Source: an uncultured Candidatus Saccharibacteria bacterium (lineage in GTDB: Bacteria > Patescibacteriota > Minisyncoccia > Phycocordibacterales > PALSA-1337). From it: DNA of 64,000 nucleotides. Within the stretch, counting starts at the first letter, position 1; each line of letters begins with the position of its first letter. Positions 57,740 through 64,000 of the stretch are shown here, one piece after another. The position numbers and the translations under genes were made by a program. The stretch lies in contig CAZHHB010000002.1 of NCBI GenBank assembly GCA_964532285.1, positions 36,684 to 100,683 on the forward strand, given 5' to 3'. A model generated the notes under the pieces. That model saw only the letters and a list, made by a program, of their open reading frames with translations, searched no databases and had not been told where the DNA came from.

Positions 57740-60700
57740 CTATTTCAACCCAAAGAATGCTGCGATAGCATCCCATATAGATGAATTAAGATTTCTAGGA
57801 TTTATTCTCGTCACTGGTGATTCTGATGGATCTGGTTCTGGTGAAGCTGAGGGATCTGGTTCTGGTGTTGGTGATGATTCTGGTGAAGCTGATGGGGTTG
57901 GAGTGGTGGTTGTTGTTGGAGAGGCTGTCGGAGAAACTGTAGGTGATACTGTAGGTGTCACTGTTGGTGAAACTGTAGGAGATGCTGTTGGGGAAACCGT
58001 TGGTGTAACTGTTACTGTAGGTGTTGGGGTCGGTGAGGTCGTAGGAGATATTGTTGGAGATACAGTCGGTGATACTGTAGGAGTAATAGTTACTGTGGGT
58101 GTAGGAGTCGGGGTTGGGGTGGCGGTAGGAGTCGGTGTTGGGGTTGGTGAAGGGCAAATAAATGAAGGCATCGGGATTAAAGAAGGTGGTGTAGGTGTTG
58201 GAACCACAGCACTTGGTGTAGAACCAGGTGATGGCGATACCGACGGTCTCGGTATCGCGGTTGCGGTTATACTATCTATTCGCCATGGGAAAATTGGGCT
58301 TAATGGAAGACTAGGTGGTCCTTTTAAGAGAGTGACTGTAAATTCAAGGGATACCTCTTGAGACCATTCCTGATCTGGGAGTGGATTAATAGCAAAAGGA
58401 TCACTGATGAAAGTATTGTCGTAAAGTCTAAATTCATTGCTAGCTACAAATTCTTCAAGTGAATGAATAACATACCATCTACCACCTATAAGATAATACC
58501 TTTCTCCACTATGTTCTATATATTCTAGCAATGAGGCGTTATCAAGAATTAACGTTATATTTATACTCGCAGGATCACACTCTCCTACTTTTGAGTTCTT
58601 GAACAAAGCTCTCCATGGATGTGTTACATCTCGATTAGAAATAGTTCGCTCCATAATCGATGTACCAGTACATGCACTTCTCCGTACCGAACAATTAATT
58701 GGAGTCGGGGTCGGCGTTGGCGACACTGATGATCTGGCAACGACAGAAATACTCGGTGTGGGCGTGCTTCCCGGAGAGACGGCAGGGGTCGGAGTGGCTG
58801 ACGAAGCGGGAGATGGTGATACTGAGGAGACTGGAGACAGATTCTGGTCACCGACAATCAAAGACACAGTGGAGGAGATGGTGGAAACAACAGACTCTGT
58901 AATTCTTTGTACGCGTGAAGATATAGTATTTTGGGCGCGAGATATTACCCTACTCAGGAAACCTTGTGGCTTATCTTCCATGGTGACTATCAAAGACTCT
59001 GGCGATGAAGATGTAGCTTGAGGGGACGGTATGGCTTTAGGGGATGGCAGAATCGTTATTTGCGATGTGGCACCAACTGCATAATTAGGATTATCCTTGA
59101 AATATACATAGAAATTCGGAACAACGTACTGTGGCCAATCTGCTTTACTTGAAAAGGAAAACTCTGTAGCTCTAATCGATGTATTGGGGAAAATGTACCA
59201 TTTATTACACAGGTCTGTGCCATCTGTTCCATTTCCACCTACAGAAGTGACCCCCGATGGACAATGCAGGAATAGTTTTGTGGACACAGCACCTCCCGGG
59301 ACTTCATAATTCAATGTTACTGTCTCCCCCGATGTAATCCTGTCTTTATCAGGAGTTACTGATTGAACCATTGTCGGGGCGGATATACTAATACGAGCAA
59401 TATTACTCGCACCAGTTTTCGGATGAGTAACTTGGACGACATAGTCATCCGGCACAGTATTTGGGATGAACTCTAGAGATGTACCGTCTTTTGAGGAAAC
59501 AAGATACTGTCTAAAACTATCACAAGCAAATCCCTCTGGACATTTTGATTCCACAGAACTCAGAGTAACCGTATTCTTCTCTACCGTGGAAAAACGTGCA
59601 CCGGAGACTGTAATCAATTCATTAGATGGAATCTTCTCAGGCGAGACAGAGTTGATATATGGAGATTTTTCACCGACGACAACCACTGTATTGGTAGTAT
59701 TCGGCGTAGGGATTGTTAAATATATTGGATTACTATAATAATCACCGAGCATAATCCTGTCCAATACGCCATAATACGCGCCGGCAAACATATTCTTTAT
59801 ATTAAAAGATGTACTGACATTAAATATTGCTGTGGTATTTGCAGGGATAATATAAAAACCATTACCGTCATCGGTGGTACCAGAAGGTTGTGCATATTGT
59901 ATGGATAATGCCTGGGCATAGATATCACTATCTGTCTTTGCATATGTCCAAATAGCGTAATCTTTGGCAATTTTCTGACTTCTATTGCCAGCTGTAACTG
60001 CAATGTTGAATGTACTTATTAAAGCACTCTCATCGCCGCCTGGTCTGTCATAAGACAGAGAAAGAGTTGAGCTACCAACGATATTAACTGAGGGTGCTGT
60101 AGATGTTCCCGATGAGTTGATTCTAAAATAATTACTCTCCCCTCCTATGTTTGTATTTCTGTATCGCAATGATATTTTGTATTGACCAGGATCAATGTCT
60201 ACCAATTCCCATGAACCACGACCATTGCCACCTGGTGCATTGCTGTATTCATACACCTTACCAACTTCCCATGTGTTTGTATTTTCGCTAGATGAGATAC
60301 TATTATCAGGATTTGAAATATAATGACCACCCCTATCTGAACTAGTAATTATTATCTCCATGGGCTGATTCGGGGTACCGCTCCATTTAATCTGATACAA
60401 ATCCCCAAAAGCTAGTTTATCGTCTGCTTTTGGAGAAATTATCTCTATAGGATCGAAGTAACCGAGATCTAGACTGCCAGTTTTTGCTTCGAGTGTGAGT
60501 GGTGTGACATTATTATTCGGTTGGAAACTATTCATCTGAATATAGTATGCGTCTTTCAATAATTCTCCTGAATTTATCGGTGCACTTAGAGAAAATCTGA
60601 CTGTGGAATTCGGCGGTATGGAGTAATATGGTCCAGCATAATCTTCAATATTTCCAGATATCGGAGAATATTCAAAATCAATATCCTTTTGATCAATACC

Positions 60701-62221
60701 GCTGGTGCCGACCAGCTCGGCTTGAAAAGCGTTGCCGTATCTAGATTTAGACATCTGTACGGCTGAATCAGTGGTTTTGACCTCAACCACTAAACTGACC
60801 TGGCCATTTTTGACCACACCCGAAGAGGGTGCGCCGGTACAATCAAAACCTTTTGGACAAGGCACCGCGGGATTGGAGTCGGAACTATAAACAAATGTAG
60901 GGGTACCGATCATGGATACAGAAAGACCTGATACAGCCTTCGCTGTGCGGTAACAACTACTAAAAAATGTTTGTCTGTGAGAATTATATTCCTCGTCTGA
61001 AGTGAACGGCAAAACAACCGACCGCGACTCATATGTCTGATTGATACTTGAAGCAAAATCAGATGAATTGAAATATTTTGCATATTGATAGAATTTGATC
61101 TTCAAATATTCAATCAACTTTTCTTTATCTACATCTTTGTATGGAAAATCGTTAACGAGACTTATCATCTGATTCAAAGAGGTAGAGTTACCAAATATTT
61201 CTTTTGTAATACGGTAAAAGGCACTTTGATATGAAGATCGACTATTTACAGGTAGTCCATTGATCATATTAATAATCTGAATATCGGATGGATCAATTGA
61301 GAAGCAGGAGAAAGAGGAGTCAAATCCATGAGGTATAAGTTTGGCTTTTCCTGTTATCCAGTCAATTCCCCAGTCTTCATTGTGGAGATAATCCATATCT
61401 CCAACATTCAAGAAATCAGTTAGAAGTAAGAATTTGATCGTGCTGTCTTGATCGAAGGGTATTGTTATCTTTGAATTATCAGAAATCTTCGTAAGTACAG
61501 CCTGTGTCAATCGGTTTGAATTACTATAATCAAGATTCCAAGGTCGAGCTGATGATTCGTACACGCCCGATTCATACAGACTTGGATTCAAATTGAACTG
61601 TGTCGTAAAAGGTATCTGATCATCTTGTTCTGCTGGTCTCTGAACTATAATGTATCTGAAAGATTTTCCATTATATCCTGTATCGGGTGCGACAAAAGTC
61701 ACATTTGCAAAGCCCACAACATCTGCTGTAGGTATTCCAAATTTCCTGAATATCTTGAATATAATGTATTCACGAAGAGAAACATTGAGCTGACCACTAA
61801 ACCCCGTATCCCCATTACTCTTCCAATAATCGTTCCATATATCACATTCCGGAATCAATCTAATCTTCTGATATTGGAGTGTTGTAGCACCATCAAATGT
61901 GCTCACCCCGGTAAAATATTCTTTGGCTTTTCCCTTATCAAAACTCAAATTCAAAACAGGGGGTTCGCATATACCACGGCTACTACCTTTGTGCTCATAT
62001 TTGATCTTCCAGTCTTTTAGTAGAGTATCGCCAGAATATTCCTTCAATCTTCCATCTCTATCCAATTCAGTACCATTCAAAAGTAGCGTCTTACTCAAAG
62101 TATCCAATGTAAGATTTCTTATAGGATACGCCGTACTTTGAGCCTTTACTTGATTGGAGAATACGAAAAAGACTGACGCTATCGAGATAGCCACAGAGAG
62201 GGCTGTAACTATTTTTTTCAT
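57740..62221 (-). CDS. Giant secreted surface protein (1493 aa) with C-terminal Thr/Pro-rich repeats; possible CotH-like N-terminal domain
   Basis: Signal peptide MKKIVTALSVAISIASVFFVFSNQVKAQS. GIDWITGKAKLIPHGFDSSFS resembles the CotH lipWDlD motif. The C-terminal ~300 aa are PT/SPTV repeats. Confidence 0.55.
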   Translation of the reverse strand: MKKIVTALSVAISIASVFFVFSNQVKAQSTAYPIRNLTLDTLSKTLLLNGTELDRDGRLKEYSGDTLLKDWKIKYEHKGSSRGICEPPVLNLSFDKGKAKEYFTGVSTFDGATTLQYQKIRLIPECDIWNDYWKSNGDTGFSGQLNVSLREYIIFKIFRKFGIPTADVVGFANVTFVAPDTGYNGKSFRYIIVQRPAEQDDQIPFTTQFNLNPSLYESGVYESSARPWNLDYSNSNRLTQAVLTKISDNSKITIPFDQDSTIKFLLLTDFLNVGDMDYLHNEDWGIDWITGKAKLIPHGFDSSFSCFSIDPSDIQIINMINGLPVNSRSSYQSAFYRITKEIFGNSTSLNQMISLVNDFPYKDVDKEKLIEYLKIKFYQYAKYFNSSDFASSINQTYESRSVVLPFTSDEEYNSHRQTFFSSCYRTAKAVSGLSVSMIGTPTFVYSSDSNPAVPCPKGFDCTGAPSSGVVKNGQVSLVVEVKTTDSAVQMSKSRYGNAFQAELVGTSGIDQKDIDFEYSPISGNIEDYAGPYYSIPPNSTVRFSLSAPINSGELLKDAYYIQMNSFQPNNNVTPLTLEAKTGSLDLGYFDPIEIISPKADDKLAFGDLYQIKWSGTPNQPMEIIITSSDRGGHYISNPDNSISSSENTNTWEVGKVYEYSNAPGGNGRGSWELVDIDPGQYKISLRYRNTNIGGESNYFRINSSGTSTAPSVNIVGSSTLSLSYDRPGGDESALISTFNIAVTAGNRSQKIAKDYAIWTYAKTDSDIYAQALSIQYAQPSGTTDDGNGFYIIPANTTAIFNVSTSFNIKNMFAGAYYGVLDRIMLGDYYSNPIYLTIPTPNTTNTVVVVGEKSPYINSVSPEKIPSNELITVSGARFSTVEKNTVTLSSVESKCPEGFACDSFRQYLVSSKDGTSLEFIPNTVPDDYVVQVTHPKTGASNIARISISAPTMVQSVTPDKDRITSGETVTLNYEVPGGAVSTKLFLHCPSGVTSVGGNGTDGTDLCNKWYIFPNTSIRATEFSFSSKADWPQYVVPNFYVYFKDNPNYAVGATSQITILPSPKAIPSPQATSSSPESLIVTMEDKPQGFLSRVISRAQNTISSRVQRITESVVSTISSTVSLIVGDQNLSPVSSVSPSPASSATPTPAVSPGSTPTPSISVVARSSVSPTPTPTPINCSVRRSACTGTSIMERTISNRDVTHPWRALFKNSKVGECDPASINITLILDNASLLEYIEHSGERYYLIGGRWYVIHSLEEFVASNEFRLYDNTFISDPFAINPLPDQEWSQEVSLEFTVTLLKGPPSLPLSPIFPWRIDSITATAIPRPSVSPSPGSTPSAVVPTPTPPSLIPMPSFICPSPTPTPTPTATPTPTPTPTVTITPTVSPTVSPTISPTTSPTPTPTVTVTPTVSPTASPTVSPTVTPTVSPTVSPTASPTTTTTPTPSASPESSPTPEPDPSASPEPDPSESPVTRINPRNLNSSIWDAIAAFFGLK
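57800..58260. repeat. Tandem 24-nt periodic repeats encoding (PTVSPTVS)n in the giant protein
   Basis: Reiterated ggtga(a/g)actgt(a/c)gg(a/t)gat(a/g)ctgt units; the antisense ORF 57903-58361 is an artefact. Confidence 0.7.
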
Positions 62222-62313
62222 ATCTCAATTATACTCAATAGAATAACATCTTGATAGTTGATAACTTTCACAAAAAATATCGGTTAAGTCCTAAAATAAG
62301 GTACAATATTTCA

Positions 62314-63129
62314 ATGCATACAGACAAGATCGTAAAATCTGGCATTTATGTTTTCGCCCTCATCGGCTTTGTCATGACTTCTGGATATGTTGCCGTAAGA
62401 ATGGGTATAACAAATGAAAAAGGTGTAATCGACAACCAGAGAGCCAGTTTTTTGGAATCAACCTCAAATACTGGCGCAAATCCAACCACTCCCGATTGGG
62501 TTTCAAGTGAAGAGTGGCGGATCTTGAAACAGGCAATTATAAAAGATGCGCCCGTTATCTATAAAGTAGCTGGCATAACAGATATAGAACCGCGTTTGAT
62601 CGTAACTTTATTGGTTCCGGAACAATTACGACTTTTCCATGATAATAGAGAGGTATTCAAACAGATTTTTGCTCCACTCAAGATTCTTGGCAGTCAAAGT
62701 CAGTTCTCCTGGGGCATTATGGGCATCAAACATAATACCGCCGTTGCTATTGAAAAGAACCTGAAAGACACAAGCTCGTCATTTTATCCTGGGAAAGAGT
62801 ATGAGAACTTACTTGATTTTACTTCCAGCGATATTGAAAATGAACGCTTCATACGGATAACTGATGATAAAAATCACTATTATGGTTACTTATATGCCGC
62901 CCTCTATGCAAAACAAGTCATACAGCAATGGCAAAAATCAGGTTTTGATATTTCCGAAAAACCCGATATTCTAGGCACACTTTATAATATTGGTTTTAAT
63001 AATTCACATCCCAATCCCGATCCGCATTCAGGTGGTGCAATTATTGATATAAGCGGTAAAGAGTATAGTTTTGGTTCTTTGGCAGATGAATTTTATCGTT
63101 CAAATGAGTTAAAAGAGTATTTTCCCTAA
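62314..63129 (+). CDS. Hypothetical membrane-anchored protein
   Basis: Start at MHTDKIVKSGIYVFALIGFVMTSGYVAV (signal anchor); the ORF could extend to 62251. Confidence 0.4.
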   Translation: MHTDKIVKSGIYVFALIGFVMTSGYVAVRMGITNEKGVIDNQRASFLESTSNTGANPTTPDWVSSEEWRILKQAIIKDAPVIYKVAGITDIEPRLIVTLLVPEQLRLFHDNREVFKQIFAPLKILGSQSQFSWGIMGIKHNTAVAIEKNLKDTSSSFYPGKEYENLLDFTSSDIENERFIRITDDKNHYYGYLYAALYAKQVIQQWQKSGFDISEKPDILGTLYNIGFNNSHPNPDPHSGGAIIDISGKEYSFGSLADEFYRSNELKEYFP

Positions 63130-63159
63130 TAAGGACTCACGGAACTCGCAAAGGTGTCT

Positions 63160-63292
63160 TTGGGGTAGTCGAGGACATGTCTGAGCGCAGTAGAAATTGC
63201 TTGGTAAAAGGCGAATGTCGTTGGAATTATTTATAATTCCTGAGCCTTTTACCTAGCAATTTCACGGAGCGAGTACCGCAGACTACCCCAGA
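63160..63292. repeat. Copy F of family L palindromic element; outer stem ggggtagtc / gactacccc (a compensatory variant of cagcc/ggctg in other copies)
   Basis: Core about 95% identical to copy B, with flanking IR ggtgtctttggggtagtc / gactaccccagaggcacc. Confidence 0.8.
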
Positions 63293-63343
63293 GGCACCCT
63301 TGTGAGTCCCATGCTATACTTTAACCACTAATTAAATAAAACC

Positions 63344-64000
63344 ATGGAAAATAAACCAACCGTCAGTTTCCTGAATCTACCTAGTGCCATCGTCATCGCT
63401 GGAGCTATCATCGCCATCGCTATCATCTGGGTCAAAAGTCCAACCACTACGCCCGTAGCACAGAACACTGATGATCAAGTACGACAGGTCAACCTAACTC
63501 CAATAACCAGTGCAGATCATATCAAGGGCAACCCGAACGCCCCAATAAAGATCGTTGAATATTCCGACACATCATGCCCATTCTGCAAGACCTTCAGTTC
63601 CACGATGAATCGTGTTATGGATCAATATGGGCCAGATGGTAAGGTCGCTTGGGTGTACAGGCATTTCCCTCTAGACAAGCCGAATGTTGATGGTTCCATC
63701 TTGCACCCGAACGCTGGCTATGAAGCTCAGGCTATGGAATGTGCTGCTTCTGTCGGTAGCAATGAAAAATTCTGGGCTTTTGAAAAGCGCCTATATGAAG
63801 TCACACCATCAGTCACATCATCTTCTCCGAATGGTCTGGATAGGAAACAATTACCAGAGATAGCCAAGTATGTAGGTATCAATGTAACAAATTTCAATGA
63901 ATGTCTCTCCGGTGATAGATTCAAAGGTGAAGTAGAAGCCGACTATACAAGTGGAGTCAACGCTGGAGTTTCCGGTACACCAACCAACTTCATTGTACTT
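63344..64000 (+). CDS. DsbA-family thiol:disulfide oxidoreductase (partial, 3' end outside window)
   Basis: N-terminal TM; thioredoxin-fold CPFC active site (…YSDTSCPFCKTF…). Confidence 0.6.
   Translation, partial: MENKPTVSFLNLPSAIVIAGAIIAIAIIWVKSPTTTPVAQNTDDQVRQVNLTPITSADHIKGNPNAPIKIVEYSDTSCPFCKTFSSTMNRVMDQYGPDGKVAWVYRHFPLDKPNVDGSILHPNAGYEAQAMECAASVGSNEKFWAFEKRLYEVTPSVTSSSPNGLDRKQLPEIAKYVGINVTNFNECLSGDRFKGEVEADYTSGVNAGVSGTPTNFIVL

Noticed and set aside
57903-58361. 152-aa plus-strand ORF of (VG/TV)n repeats
   Set aside because: It is antisense to the Thr/Pro tandem repeats of the giant surface protein and is a repeat artefact.

Overview
This is a low-GC bacterial chromosomal window with compact housekeeping operons. 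In order, the recognisable genes are: a partial GH130 glycosidase, a hicB/hicA toxin-antitoxin pair, tRNA-Glu, a reduced dcw cluster (mraZ-rsmH-ftsL-ftsI-murF), lysS, greA, mrdA-mreD-mreC-mreB, a short SMC-like ATPase, rnc, a NusB-Nudix fusion, rpmF, and tRNA-Lys plus tRNA-Leu. Directly 3' of tRNA-Leu lies an anomalously GC-rich accessory segment (about 20.2-28.6 kb). It carries a Bro-N/DinD-like protein, secreted and Pro/Gly-rich proteins, a RhuM+Fic/Doc protein, and an SPFH-like protein followed by a small ORF interrupted at a G10 tract. Next come six tandem paralogous small secreted two-TM (VirB2/TrbC-pilin-like) genes behind a solute-binding protein. The window continues with gyrA, a GC-rich orphan response regulator, rpsA, pth, lepB, a HisRS-like paralog, rpsU-ybeY, ftsA, ftsZ and trxB. 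After that come a type IV pilus locus (pilB-pilC-pilins), a GC-rich adenylate-kinase-like gene, typA/bipA with a Ser/Pro-rich insertion, a bPH+AlbA_2 membrane protein, hisS, a DEDD exonuclease, a 1493-aa secreted surface protein and a partial DsbA. Gene content and style (short SMC, type IV pili, tiny pilin-like arrays, many small membrane proteins) suggest a Patescibacteria/CPR-like organism; this is inference. The most unusual features are two interspersed repeat families. The first is a roughly 150-bp palindromic element in 6 copies. Each copy is extended by a locus-specific perfect inverted repeat, and the outer stem shows compensatory changes between copies. The second is a 21-bp palindromic unit (CCAAGATCCGATCTTGGTATA), often in inverted pairs, at 10 or more loci, including an in-frame occurrence inside a pilin-like gene. 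No CRISPR array, rRNA or integrase was found.
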